Positions 20,263 to 30,446 of a DNA stretch of 64,000 nt are shown here, piece after piece. The stretch spans positions 6,336,001 to 6,400,000 of the forward strand of contig JASGJH010000001.1 of the NCBI GenBank assembly GCA_047601445.1, written 5' to 3'. The stretch comes from Myxococcales bacterium (GTDB lineage Bacteria; Myxococcota_A; Polyangia; Polyangiales; DASUME01). Both the position numbers and the translations under genes were made by a program. Position 1 is the stretch's first letter; the number at the start of each line of letters is the position of its first letter. The notes under the pieces were generated by a model. That model had not been told where the DNA came from and made no database searches. It was given only the letters and a program-made list of their open reading frames with translations.

Positions 20263-21062
20263 CCCGCGCCTCCCGTGCTCGAGGGCGGCATTTCCGGCAG
20301 AAAGCTGCGGGTCACGTGCCACACCCAAAGTCCCGCGGCCCACTCCACCGCGAGCGGCACGCTTGCCACCACCATGGCCCCGGCGCTGCTGGCCCCGAAG
20401 TAGCGCGCCTGGGCATGGCAATGCAGCACGATGAGTAGACGCGGCAAAATCTGGAACCCCACGAGCGTGAGATCCCCGAGCACTGCGGGAGCGTTCATGG
20501 GCATCGCCCACACGGAGAGCCAGAACATGCTCATGCCGAAGGGCACCAGCCACAGCCGATAGAGCGCCGTGCGGTAGGCGGCCGAAGGCGCCAGCGGCTG
20601 CATCGGTTCCTTGGCGAACGCCCGCAACAGGCTGGCGAAGGGCACGCTCCAGGTGAGCAGCGAGACCAGCGTGAGCGCGAGCCCGATGGCGCCCGCGCGC
20701 GCCAAGTCCGCGGCCAAGCTGAGTCCCTGCTTCGGCACCTGTTCGAGCGCGAAGTTCGGTTTGAATTGCAGCGTGTGCGTGAAAGGCACGATGGCCCAGA
20801 GCGGTGCCCAGGGTAGTGCGCTCAGCAGCGCGAAGCCCAGCGCTGGCGCGACGCGTGGGTTCTCCGCCACCGCGCGCGCCGTGGCCGTCGGCAAAAAGCT
20901 GGCATTCAGCGTGCTGAGGAAGCGTCGCGGCCAGGAGAGAGCAGCGTTCTCCCAGGCGATCGGTCCTTCCTCGTAGGCGGGGGCCGAGGGCTCGCGCTCG
21001 TGGTGCTCGGGCTCGCGGTACGGCACGATGGCTCTGTAACAGGCAGCGCGCGGACGCGCCAT
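20259..21062 (-). CDS. hypothetical multi-pass membrane protein
   Basis: about 5 hydrophobic segments; PIAWE...RFLSTL N-terminal motif; start uncertain. Confidence 0.65.
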   Translation of the reverse strand: MARPRAACYRAIVPYREPEHHEREPSAPAYEEGPIAWENAALSWPRRFLSTLNASFLPTATARAVAENPRVAPALGFALLSALPWAPLWAIVPFTHTLQFKPNFALEQVPKQGLSLAADLARAGAIGLALTLVSLLTWSVPFASLLRAFAKEPMQPLAPSAAYRTALYRLWLVPFGMSMFWLSVWAMPMNAPAVLGDLTLVGFQILPRLLIVLHCHAQARYFGASSAGAMVVASVPLAVEWAAGLWVWHVTRSFLPEMPPSSTGGAG

Positions 21063-21065
21063 GTT

Positions 21066-21149
21066 TTCACGGGGAGGTCACGCGACCTCCCCGCCCGTCG
21101 CGCTCACTGCGCCGGGACCCACCCCACCGCGAGGTTCGCTGCGCTCACG
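21066..21149 (-). repeat. copy of the multi-hairpin intergenic repeat
   Basis: reverse complement CGTGAGCGCAGCGAACCTCGCGGTGGGGTGGGTCCCGG...CGGGGAGGTCGCGTGACCTCCCCG. Confidence 0.85.
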
Positions 21150-21168
21150 GTGGAGAGCTTGAAAGGCC

Positions 21169-23376
21169 TCAGTTGTAGGTGGGCAAGAACGAGTAGCGCG
21201 CCGCGTAGCGCAGCTGCTGCGCCACGAAATCCGTCGGGTACTCGATGTGCACGTCCACGATCTCGTCACCCTTCTTAACCGGCACGAGCTCCGGCTGGAT
21301 GAAGCCCGCGTAGGGGGCCACCTTGAGCGCTTGATAGCGTTCCCGCACTTGCTTGTGCAGCTCCTCATCCAGCTGCACGCCGTGGGTCTCCACCAGGTCA
21401 CGCGCCGACTCGAAGTCGCCTTCGCTCTTGATGCGCTGAATCTCCTTCAAGAGTTCCCCGAATAGCTTGCGCAGCCTCACGTAGTCCTGCACCACCACGA
21501 AGGTCTTGCCGCCGCGCTCCACACGCTCGATCACGTTGTCGGCCTTGCCCTGCTCGTAGGCCCACTTGGCGATCAGCTGGCGGTTGCGCATGTGGGCCTC
21601 CTCCAGATTCTCGCCGAGCGGCACCCGCGACATCTGTACCAACAGCCCGCCACGGATGTAGCTGTCGTAGGCTGCGCGCCCGACCTCGAGCGACGGCATC
21701 ACCTTGAGCTCCACCAACTTGGGATCGAGGATGTAGTAGAGCGCGACTAGATCCGCGCGCCCCTCCTCGAGCGTGCCCGAGTACTGCCGCAGGGTCTCCG
21801 AGACCTCGCCCACGCCCGGCGCCAGCTGTCCCGAGGCGTGCCCGATGACCTCGTGCATATCCACCATCAAGGCCTGCGCCATCGCTCCCTGGGCCTTCGC
21901 GCGGGCCACCTCGCGCGGACCCGACGCGAACTCTTCGAGCACGCCGTTGTCGCGGCTCGACGCGTCGTAGGCCGCCATGATGTTGCCCAGCGTGACGGAC
22001 TTGGAACCGTGCTTCTGGCGGATCCAGTTGGAGTTGGGCAGGTTCACACCGCTCGGCATGGGCGGTGCGGTGTCGCCCGCGGCCACCACGGCCTGGATCA
22101 CGCGCGCGCTCACCCCCACTACGTTCTTCTTCTTGTAGGCGTCCTGGATTGGGGAGTGATCCTCGAACCATTGCGCGTTGCCGCTCAGCGTCTTGATGCG
22201 CTTGGTGGCCTCGGCATCCTCGAGCTGCACGATCGACTCGTAGGTGGCGCGCAAGTCCATGGCGTCCCCGTAGGTCTCGATGAAGCCGTGAATCAAGTCG
22301 ACCTTGGAGTCCGTGTCGGCCACCCAGGCGATGCTGAAGCGGTCCCAGTCCTTGAGGTCACCGGACTTGTAGTAGGCGATCAGTTTGGCGATCGCCTCTG
22401 CCTGAGCGGGCGTCTCGGCCACACCCAACGCCAGCTCGAGCCAACGCACGCACTCGGCCAGGGCCGCCCCGTACATGCCGTCCACGCGCCACACGCGCTC
22501 CTCGAGCACGCCGTTCGGGAGCTTCACGAGCTGGGAGTTGAGGCCGTACTCCACCGGCGTGGCATCGCCCGGGCTCTTGAGGCCCTTGGTGTAGTTAACG
22601 ACCTCGTCGCGCGTGAGGTTCACGTAGAAGTGGTTGGCGCTGTCACGCACGGGATCCTTGCCAGGATCCTTGTTGACGCCCTTCTCGGCGATGTTCGGGT
22701 CGAAGATGATGGGCAGCATGCGCTGCAGGAAGGCCTCGAGGTCTTCCTTCTTGGGTTCGGCCTTGGGATTGCGCTCCTGCTCGCGCACTGGCAGCGGGCC
22801 GAGCGGCAGACGCTTGGGGTCCGAGGCCCGCACCATGGCGGCGAACTCGGTCGGCGAGATGCCCTCGGGCACGAACTTCTTGCTCGAGTAATGGTGGTGG
22901 ATGCCGCTCGAGAACCAGACGCGCTTGGCGTACGTGAGCAGGGCATTGTAGGCGGGCGTCTCGTGGTCGCCGGTGTAGCTGGTGACGATGGCCTCGAGCG
23001 TGCGGCGGATGGCCAGGTTGTGCTCGAAGTGCTGGTCGTAGGTGATCTCGCGTCCGCTCAGGGCGGCCTCGTAGAGGTAGTAGAGCAGCTGCTTCTGACG
23101 CAGCGACAGGCCCTCGAAGCTGGGCACCTGGTAACGCAAGATTCGCAGGTCTGCGAAGCTCTCGACCGTGTACTGGAAGGTCTCCGCCGGCTTGGGTTGA
23201 GTCGCGAGCGGCGCGGCCTTCTCACGTCCCGGTCGCGTCCCCTCGCGACCTTCGTCGCGCCGGGGGCAGCCCGCCAGTGTGAGCGCCAACGAGACCCCAA
23301 CCAAGACCCTGCTGCGTTTGAATGGGAGAGGCGGCAAAAGCACGCTGCATGGTATGCCCACCGTCGTCCCTGTCAA
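21169..23376 (-). CDS. dipeptidyl peptidase III (peptidase M49), lipoprotein
   Basis: E.FADLRILRY, GIHHHYS, GVNLPN..WIR..HGSKSVTL.N, HEVIGHASG, EEGRADL, EEAHMRNR; LAGC lipobox; true start may lie downstream. Confidence 0.9.
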   Translation of the reverse strand: MTGTTVGIPCSVLLPPLPFKRSRVLVGVSLALTLAGCPRRDEGREGTRPGREKAAPLATQPKPAETFQYTVESFADLRILRYQVPSFEGLSLRQKQLLYYLYEAALSGREITYDQHFEHNLAIRRTLEAIVTSYTGDHETPAYNALLTYAKRVWFSSGIHHHYSSKKFVPEGISPTEFAAMVRASDPKRLPLGPLPVREQERNPKAEPKKEDLEAFLQRMLPIIFDPNIAEKGVNKDPGKDPVRDSANHFYVNLTRDEVVNYTKGLKSPGDATPVEYGLNSQLVKLPNGVLEERVWRVDGMYGAALAECVRWLELALGVAETPAQAEAIAKLIAYYKSGDLKDWDRFSIAWVADTDSKVDLIHGFIETYGDAMDLRATYESIVQLEDAEATKRIKTLSGNAQWFEDHSPIQDAYKKKNVVGVSARVIQAVVAAGDTAPPMPSGVNLPNSNWIRQKHGSKSVTLGNIMAAYDASSRDNGVLEEFASGPREVARAKAQGAMAQALMVDMHEVIGHASGQLAPGVGEVSETLRQYSGTLEEGRADLVALYYILDPKLVELKVMPSLEVGRAAYDSYIRGGLLVQMSRVPLGENLEEAHMRNRQLIAKWAYEQGKADNVIERVERGGKTFVVVQDYVRLRKLFGELLKEIQRIKSEGDFESARDLVETHGVQLDEELHKQVRERYQALKVAPYAGFIQPELVPVKKGDEIVDVHIEYPTDFVAQQLRYAARYSFLPTYN

Positions 23377-23414
23377 TGATGCTGACTTTGGCGCGACGGG
23401 CGGGAGGTGTCCTC

Positions 23415-23527
23415 ACCTCTGGGTCGTATGCGTGCCCGTGCCGGTGCCCGCAAACGAGTCTGGGTCTTCGCAGTTCCGCTCGGAAGATCGCGTACGGGCA
23501 CGGGCACGCGTACGAACATCCAGAGGT
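23415..23527. mobile_element. MITE-like palindromic element inside a remnant of the repeat's terminal hairpin
   Basis: terminal IR ACCTCTGG/CCAGAGGT; inner IR CGTATGCGTGCCCGTGCC/GGCACGGGCACGCGTACG; flanks match the two halves of the repeat hairpin. Confidence 0.5.
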
Positions 23528-23546
23528 CGCGTGGCGTCCCCGTGAA

Positions 23547-25079
23547 TTAGGCCAGTTCCAGCAGGAGGAGGTCCGGATTCTCCAGGTACGCGATCACGTC
23601 GTAGGCGAAGGCGGCGCCCACGTGGCCGTCGATAATGCGGTGGTCGAAGGACAACGAAAGCAGCATGATCTTGCCGACCACGATCTGCCCGTTGCGCACC
23701 ACCGGCTTCTCCTTCACTCGGTGCACACCCAGGATACCGACCTCGGGGTAGTTGAGCACCGGGGTCGCAAGCAGGCCGCCGAGCTTGCCCAGCGAGGTGA
23801 TCGTGAAGGTGGAGCCCGAGAGCTCCTGGGCCTGCAGTGTGCCCTTGCGCGCGCCCTCGGAGAGACGCTGGATCTCACGGGCGAGCTCGAGCGGGCTCCT
23901 CTTGTCGGCGTCGCGCACCACCGGCACCACCAGGCCCTGGTCGGTCGCTGTGGCGATGCCCACGTGGTAGTAGCGCTTGGTCACGAGCTCGTTCTTCGCC
24001 TCGTCGAGCGAGCTGTTGAGCACCGGGTGCTTCTTGAGCGCCAGCGTGACGGCCTTCACGATGAACGGCAGGTAGTTGAGCTTGACGCCCAGCTTCTCGG
24101 CACTCGGGCGTAGGCGTTCGAGCACGTCGACCAGCGCGTCGACCTCGACCTCTTCCACGAAGGTGAAGTGCGCGGCCTTCTGCTTGGTCATCTGCATGCG
24201 TTCAGCGATCCGCCGGCGCAGGCCCACGAAGGGCTTACGCTCCTCCAGGCCCTGGCTGTTCGACGGAAGCCCGCCGAGGGCGCGCCCGGGGAGCTTGTTG
24301 GCGGCCCCGTCCGTAAAGCTGCGCACGTCGTCCTTGGTGACGCGGCCCCCCTCACCCGAGGGCGGCACGCAGTGCAGGTCCACCCCAAGGTCGCGCGCGA
24401 GCTTGCGCGTGGCGGGCGTGGCGAGCGGCTTTTCGGCGTAAAACGCGGCGCCTTCCAGCACCGGCATGGCCGCTTCGTGATGCCCGTTGGTGCCGTTCTT
24501 GGAGGGGGTCGCGCGGCTCGTGAAGAAGCTCGCACCGGGCAAGCTCTCGCGGATGTCACCCACCGCGCTGGCGGCGGTCTCGGCGGCGCTCTCGGCCTCG
24601 ACATCACCGCGTGCGGCCACCGGGGCCACTGACTTGGCGGCCACGGGCGGAGGCGGCACGCTCTCGCGTCCGAGGTTCGGATCACTGCCACGCGGAACGG
24701 GTCGCAGGCTCGTCGGCTTGGCGGGCGCCTGGAAGCGCGAGCGCGCGGTGTCGCTCACGGGCTCGGGAAGCTTGCTGGGGCGGGACTCGCGTCGATCGCT
24801 GCCGGTCGTCAGGTCGCCGTGGTCGCTGGTGTCGATGACCACCAGCACGCTGCCCACCATCACCTTCTCGCCCACGTTGGCGTTGAGCTGGGCGATGCGT
24901 CCCGCGCGCGGCGCGCCGATGGTGACGGTGGCCTTGTCGGTCATCACCTCGACCATCTCCTGGTCTTCCGCCACGTACTGACCGGGCTCCACGTGCCAGG
25001 CCACCACTTCGCCTTCGGCCACGCCTTCCCCGATGTCGGGCAGTCTGAACGCGTACATGGTCATAGTCGGGCTAGCCAT
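23547..25079 (-). CDS. 2-oxoacid dehydrogenase E2 (dihydrolipoamide acyltransferase)
   Basis: lipoyl domain LPDIGEG...VMTDKA, E3-binding ATPATRKLARDLGVDL, catalytic SFDHRIIDG. Confidence 0.93.
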   Translation of the reverse strand: MASPTMTMYAFRLPDIGEGVAEGEVVAWHVEPGQYVAEDQEMVEVMTDKATVTIGAPRAGRIAQLNANVGEKVMVGSVLVVIDTSDHGDLTTGSDRRESRPSKLPEPVSDTARSRFQAPAKPTSLRPVPRGSDPNLGRESVPPPPVAAKSVAPVAARGDVEAESAAETAASAVGDIRESLPGASFFTSRATPSKNGTNGHHEAAMPVLEGAAFYAEKPLATPATRKLARDLGVDLHCVPPSGEGGRVTKDDVRSFTDGAANKLPGRALGGLPSNSQGLEERKPFVGLRRRIAERMQMTKQKAAHFTFVEEVEVDALVDVLERLRPSAEKLGVKLNYLPFIVKAVTLALKKHPVLNSSLDEAKNELVTKRYYHVGIATATDQGLVVPVVRDADKRSPLELAREIQRLSEGARKGTLQAQELSGSTFTITSLGKLGGLLATPVLNYPEVGILGVHRVKEKPVVRNGQIVVGKIMLLSLSFDHRIIDGHVGAAFAYDVIAYLENPDLLLLELA

Positions 25080-26053
25080 TAGTAGTGAGCTGTTTCGATC
25101 AGCGCCGGCACGATGCGATGGGCCAGCGGCAGGTATTCGTTCTCGAGCGTGTAGGGGAAGGGCGTGTCCCAGCCGGTGACGCGCACGGGCGGCGCCTCCA
25201 GGCTCAGGAAGGCCTTCTCGCAGATGATCGACACCAACTCGGCGCCGAAGCCGCAGCTCTTGGCGGCCTCGTGCACGATCACCACGCGCCCCGTGCGTTT
25301 CACGCTGGAGATGATGGTCTCGGTGTCGAGTGGCCATAGCGTGCGCAGGTCGATGACCTCGGCCTGTACTCCCTTTTGGGCGGCCTCTTCGGCGGCGGCG
25401 AGCGCTTCGTAGAGCATGGAGCCCCAGGCCAGAAGCGTGACGTGCTCACCGTCGCGCACCACCTTGGCCGACGTCAGCGGCACCAGGTACTCATCGTCGG
25501 GAACCTGCATCTTGGCTGCGCGATACACGCGCTTGGGCTCGAAGAACACCACCGGATCCGGATCGCGGATGGAGCTCAAGAGCAGGCCCTTGGCGTCGTA
25601 GGGATTGCTCGGACACACCACCTTGAGGCCCGGCGTGTGGATGAACAGGGCCTCGGGCGATTGCGAGTGGTAGTGGCCACCGCGAATGCCGCCGCCGATG
25701 GGCGTGCGGATCACCATGGGCACCGTGAACTCGCCGCCCGAGCGATAGCGGTATTTGGCCGCCTCGTTCACGATTTGGTCGAACGCCGGATAGATGAAGT
25801 CCGCGAACTGGATCTCGGGCACCGGTCGCAGGCCGTTGAGGGCCATACCGATGGCGCTGCCGATGATGCCGTTCTCGGAGAGCGGAGTGTCGATGACGCG
25901 CTCTTCGCCGAACTCGTCGATGAGTCCCTGGGTCACGCGGAATACGCCGCCCACCTTGCCCACGTCCTCGCCCAAAATCACGACGCGCTCGTCCTTGCGC
26001 ATCTCGCCGCGCAGGGCGTCGTTGAGGGCCTGCACCATGGTCATCTCGGCCAT
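25079..26053 (-). CDS. 2-oxoacid dehydrogenase E1 beta (branched-chain/pyruvate type)
   Basis: GEDVG..GGVFRVT, DTPLSE, EIQFADF, HSQSPEA, FEPK. Confidence 0.95.
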   Translation of the reverse strand: MAEMTMVQALNDALRGEMRKDERVVILGEDVGKVGGVFRVTQGLIDEFGEERVIDTPLSENGIIGSAIGMALNGLRPVPEIQFADFIYPAFDQIVNEAAKYRYRSGGEFTVPMVIRTPIGGGIRGGHYHSQSPEALFIHTPGLKVVCPSNPYDAKGLLLSSIRDPDPVVFFEPKRVYRAAKMQVPDDEYLVPLTSAKVVRDGEHVTLLAWGSMLYEALAAAEEAAQKGVQAEVIDLRTLWPLDTETIISSVKRTGRVVIVHEAAKSCGFGAELVSIICEKAFLSLEAPPVRVTGWDTPFPYTLENEYLPLAHRIVPALIETAHY

Positions 26054-27181
26054 CAGTGACCCTTCCGCGGGCGCGGTCCCTGCGCACAGGCTTCGAACTG
26101 CTCGGTGAGATGACCCGGGCGCTCGGCGTAGACCCCGTCGAACATGGTCTCGAGGCCAGGCGCCGGCTTCTTTTCGGCGGCTTCGATGGCGCTCTTCAGC
26201 TCGGCGTCCACGCGCGCGCGGGCCCGTGCCTCGGCCTTGTCATCCCAGGAGCCCAGGACCTCGATGTGCTTTCGCAGCCGCACCAAGGGATCCACCTTGC
26301 TCCAGTGTTCGACCTCGTCGGTTTGGCGATAGGCCTTGGGATCGTCCGAGCTGGAGTGCCCGCCCAAGCGATAGGTGAGCATCTCCACCATCGTGGAGCC
26401 CTCGCCGCGAACTGCGCGCGCCAGGGCCTCGCGCACCGTGCGGAACACTGCCAACGCGTCGTTGCCGTCGCAGCGCACGCCCTTGATGCCGTACGCGATG
26501 GCCTTGCCCGCGAAGCTCGAGGACGCGGTCTGCTTCTCGCTCGGCACGCTGATGGCCCAGCGGTTGTTGCGGCACAGGAAGACGTTGGGCGTCTTGAACA
26601 CGCCGGCCATGTTGAGCGCGGCGTGGAAGTCGGAGGAACTCGTGGCGCCGTCGCCGAAGAACGCCGCGGCCACCAGGTCCTCGCGCTTGATCTTGGCGGC
26701 CCAGGCGAAGCCCACGGCCTGCGTGATCTGCGTGCCGATGGGCGAGCTCACCGAGCCGTAGTGGTACTTGCGCGCGGTGAAATGGTCGGGCATTTGGCGC
26801 CCGCTCACCACGTCGTCGGCGTTGCCGAACATGTTGTCGAGGTAGGTTTGGAGCGGGAAGCCGCGCCAGAACAGCGCGCCCATCTCGCGGTAGCAGGGGA
26901 AGATCCAGTCCTGCTCGCGCAGCGCCGCAGCCGCCGCCACGATGCAGGCCTCCTCGCCCCGGCAGCCCACGTGGAAGCCGATGCGGCCCTGGCGCTGCAA
27001 CATCAGCATGCGCTCGTCGATCAAGCGTGTGCGCAGCATCGCTTCGTAGATGCGCACCACCTGGTCGATTTTGAGCCCGGGATCCTGGGAGGGGATCCGC
27101 GCGACCATCCGGGCCGAGCACGCGCTCGACCCCCGTTAAGGAAACGTCCGAGGTTCGATTGGGCGGTACTTCGTATTGCAT
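26053..27181 (-). CDS. 2-oxoacid dehydrogenase E1 alpha (BCKDH-like), apparent +1 frameshift at 27091-27094
   Basis: LQRQGRIGF, GRQMPDH, GDGATS, NNRWAIS, HSSSDD; removing one G from GGGG joins MQYE...DGRADP to SQDPGL. Confidence 0.92.
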
Positions 27182-28116
27182 CAGCTCACCACCGTAAGAC
27201 GCCTAGGCTGCTTTCCGTAACGATCCGAGAACGGCGCGGGTTCTCCGCGCAGAACACCCTTGAGGAACGCCTCCGCCGCGCGGTAGCTCGAGCGCACGAG
27301 TGGGCCCGCTGCCACGTACTTGAAGCCCATCTCGAGGCCGGCGGCGTGATAGCGCTCGAACTCCGCGGGCTCCACGTAGCGCACGAGCGGGGCGTGCTTC
27401 TCGGTGGGCCGTAGGTATTGGCCGATGGTCAGCACGTCGACGTCGGCCTCGCGCAAGCGCTGCATCGCCTCGAGCATCTCCTCTTCCGTCTCGCCGCAGC
27501 CCACCATCAGCGAGGTCTTGGTGACCTGGGCGCCGAAGTCGCGGGCCCAGCGCAACACCGAGACCGAACGTTCCCAGCTGCATCGCGCGTCGCGCATGGT
27601 CCTTTGCAAGCGCGGTACCACCTCGACGTTGTGCGCAAACACATCCGGCTGGCCGTCTTGCACCACCGTGCGCACGTCGTCGGCGACGCCCGCGAAGTCT
27701 CCGACCAGCGTCTCGATCAAGAGCTCGGGCGAGAGCTCCTTGCTGCGGCGCACCGTGCGCGCCACGTGCGCGGCGCCGCCGTCGAGTAGATCGTCGCGAT
27801 CGACCATGGTGAGGACGACATAGGAGAGCCGCATTTGCGAGAGCGCGCGCGCCGTGTTCTCGGGCTCGCGTGGATCGGTGGCGCCTCGTGGATCGCCCGT
27901 GTTCACGGCGCAGAAGCGACAACCTCGCGTGCAGGTCTCGCCCAAGATCATGATCGTCGCAGTGCCTTCTCTCCAGCACTCCCCGATGTTGGGGCAACGC
28001 GCTTCTTCGCAGACCGTCTTCAGGTCCAGCTTGCGAAAGCGCGCCTTCAGATCCTGGTACTGCTCACCGCCAGGCATCCGGACACGCAGCCAGTCAGGTT
28101 TCCTTTGCCGATCCAT
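27181..28116 (-). CDS. lipA: lipoyl synthase
   Basis: RKPDWLRV, TVCEEARCPNIGECW, CTRGCRFC, PLVRSSY. Confidence 0.96.
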   Translation of the reverse strand: MDRQRKPDWLRVRMPGGEQYQDLKARFRKLDLKTVCEEARCPNIGECWREGTATIMILGETCTRGCRFCAVNTGDPRGATDPREPENTARALSQMRLSYVVLTMVDRDDLLDGGAAHVARTVRRSKELSPELLIETLVGDFAGVADDVRTVVQDGQPDVFAHNVEVVPRLQRTMRDARCSWERSVSVLRWARDFGAQVTKTSLMVGCGETEEEMLEAMQRLREADVDVLTIGQYLRPTEKHAPLVRYVEPAEFERYHAAGLEMGFKYVAAGPLVRSSYRAAEAFLKGVLRGEPAPFSDRYGKQPRRLTVVS

Positions 28117-28255
28117 CCGCCGTCGTACCGTTCGAGGGCGCGAGGTGCGCGCTCGCCAAAATTCAACACGCCAGGTGCTGGGCTCTTCCCCGTTTTTTCC
28201 TGAGCTCCTTGTGATCTCTCACGTTTTCGTCCTGTGCGCCACGTGACGCACGGGG

Positions 28256-29353
28256 ATGAGCGCCGCTCGTTCCATGCTATCTCAGATTGCCGTGAACGAG
28301 CTTTTCGAACGCTGGCCGGCGCTGTCGGCCCTCGCGCATGTGCCGCTCGCCGAATTACCCACCCCCGTGGAGGAATTGAGCCAAATCTCGGAGAAAGTGG
28401 ACTCCGGCGTCTGGATCAAACGTGACGACCTGAGCGCTCGCCGTTATGGAGGCAACAAGGTTCGGAAGCTCGAATTCCTGTTGGGGCGCGCCAAAAAGAA
28501 GTCAGCGGACACACTCATCACCGCGGGTGGGGTGGGCAGCCACCATGTCTTCGCCACGGCTTTTTACGGGCGTGAACACGGTTTCGAGACCCACGCGGTA
28601 CTGACGTCTCAGCCGTACCACCCCCAAGTCGAAGACCAGCTCCGGGCCGATCTCGCGGTCGGGGCCCACCTCTATGCGGCCACCAGCGTATCGCACGTGG
28701 TTCGTGAGGTGATTCGCCTGACGGCCAAGCTGCGTCTCCAGGGCCGACGCCCCTACGTGATCCCCATCGGGGGCTCCAACGTCTGGGGCACGCTCGGTCT
28801 GGTGAACGCGGGCCTCGAGCTAGCTACGCAGATTGACGCGGGTTTGTGTCCTGACCCGCAGGCCGTGTACCTGGCCTGCGGCAGCTGCGCGAGCGTCGCG
28901 GGCGTGGCCCTGGGGTTGGCCGCCGGCGGGGTCGACACCACTGTTGTCGCCGTGCGGGCCACCGACCGCTTGCTGGCGAACCCGCTCCAGGTCCGGCACC
29001 TCATCTATCGAGCGGAGCGCGTGCTGCGCGATCTGGAGCCGCGCTTCCCCGAAGTGGCGCGCCGAGCCTTCGCCAGCGTCGTATTCGATCATCGGGAATT
29101 CGGTCGGGGTTACGGGCTCTCCACCCCTGCCAGCGAGGCCGCGCTCCAGCTTGCTGCCAGCTCGGGCATCGAGCTCGATCCGACCTACACGAGCAAGGCC
29201 TTCGCCAGCCTGCTGCGCGACGCAGAGAACGAGCGCCGTGGACAAAAGTTGATGCTCTGGGACACGCTCTCGAGTGCGCCGTTGGCCCCCTTCCTGGCCA
29301 ACGCGCCGGAGGCGCCGGAGCAGTTCGTGCGGCTCCTGACGCTGCAGGACTGA
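28256..29353 (+). CDS. PLP-dependent D-cysteine desulfhydrase / ACC deaminase family protein
   Basis: IKRDDL, GGNKVRKLEFLL, IPIGGS, LDPTYTSKA (T, not the ACC-deaminase E). Confidence 0.85.
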   Translation: MSAARSMLSQIAVNELFERWPALSALAHVPLAELPTPVEELSQISEKVDSGVWIKRDDLSARRYGGNKVRKLEFLLGRAKKKSADTLITAGGVGSHHVFATAFYGREHGFETHAVLTSQPYHPQVEDQLRADLAVGAHLYAATSVSHVVREVIRLTAKLRLQGRRPYVIPIGGSNVWGTLGLVNAGLELATQIDAGLCPDPQAVYLACGSCASVAGVALGLAAGGVDTTVVAVRATDRLLANPLQVRHLIYRAERVLRDLEPRFPEVARRAFASVVFDHREFGRGYGLSTPASEAALQLAASSGIELDPTYTSKAFASLLRDAENERRGQKLMLWDTLSSAPLAPFLANAPEAPEQFVRLLTLQD

Positions 29354-29582
29354 GTTCGCCCGCGCTGGGCCAGCTCTGCGCGCGCCGCGGCGGCTGCACC
29401 TGCCGCAGGAGAGCCTGCCGAAGCGCCTTCCAGGTGCGCCAAGACGGGTTGAGGCAGCGTTGCTCACCCGTCGCCAAGTTGCACCAGGGCGGGTCGCTTG
29501 CCCGCACCGGCGCCTGTGTCCCAATTTGTGAATGTGCGGTCCTCGACGCTGGCTTGATCCGCGTGTAGATGGGCCTTATCCC

Positions 29583-30446
29583 ATGTCGTCGGCGAACCGT
29601 CTCAGCGCGGCCGAGCCAGGCTCGCACGAAGCTTCCAGCACGTCTCGCTCGCGGTCGGACGCGCCCGCATCGACCTCGGAGTCTCTCCCGCCGCACCTGC
29701 GCTACGACCGGCGCGCCGTGGAGACCTACCTGAGCAGCTATCCGCTCGCGCGGCTCATTCGGACCCGCCTTCATCACGGCGAGCGGCTGCCCAGCGGGCC
29801 CGCGCTGCTGGTCGGCAACCATGGGCCGCTCGCGCTCGACACGGGGCTGCTGATCCAGGCGATTTTTCGAGAGAATGGACGCGTGGTGCGCTGCCTCGGC
29901 GATCGCATCCTGTTCACCAACCCCATCGGCCGCCAAATGGCCCGCAGCGTGGCGGGAGTTGAAGGCAGCCCGGACAACGCCCACGCGCTCTTGACGCACG
30001 GAGAGCAAGTCCTGGTGTACCCGGGCGGGGCGCGGGAGACGGTGCGCGCCGCCAACGAGCGCTATCGGCTGGACTGGGAAGGTCGGCTCGGCTTTGCGCG
30101 CACCGCGCTGCGGGCCGGGGTACCCATCGTGCCGGTAGCGTGCATCGGCAGCGACGACCTGTTCACCCAGCTGGTCGACAGTGAAACCATGCGCAACTCG
30201 CTGCCAGGCCGCGTGGCGAGCCTGTTCCTCAAGCCCGACTACATCCCGCCGCTGTACTTTCCCAAGCTGCGTAGCACCCAGTTTCACTACTTCTTCGGCG
30301 AGCCCATCGCGCTGACCCCAGGCGCCAGCGCGCAAGACGAGGCGGCCGTGACGGAGCTGCGCGATCGCACCAAGGACGCCCTCGAGGCGATGTGTGAACA
30401 CGGTCGAGCAGTGCGTCGTGCCGCCATCGATGGCAGCGAGCGCTGA
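29583..30446 (+). CDS. phospholipid/glycerol acyltransferase (PlsC/DAGAT-like)
   Basis: LLVGNHGPLALD (HxxxxD), VYPGGARE, GFARTAL..GVPIVPV, FGEPI. Confidence 0.85.
   Translation: MSSANRLSAAEPGSHEASSTSRSRSDAPASTSESLPPHLRYDRRAVETYLSSYPLARLIRTRLHHGERLPSGPALLVGNHGPLALDTGLLIQAIFRENGRVVRCLGDRILFTNPIGRQMARSVAGVEGSPDNAHALLTHGEQVLVYPGGARETVRAANERYRLDWEGRLGFARTALRAGVPIVPVACIGSDDLFTQLVDSETMRNSLPGRVASLFLKPDYIPPLYFPKLRSTQFHYFFGEPIALTPGASAQDEAAVTELRDRTKDALEAMCEHGRAVRRAAIDGSER

Noticed and set aside
28256..29353. true ACC deaminase (acdS)
   Set aside because: DPTYTSK has Thr where ACC deaminases have Glu (DPVYEGK).
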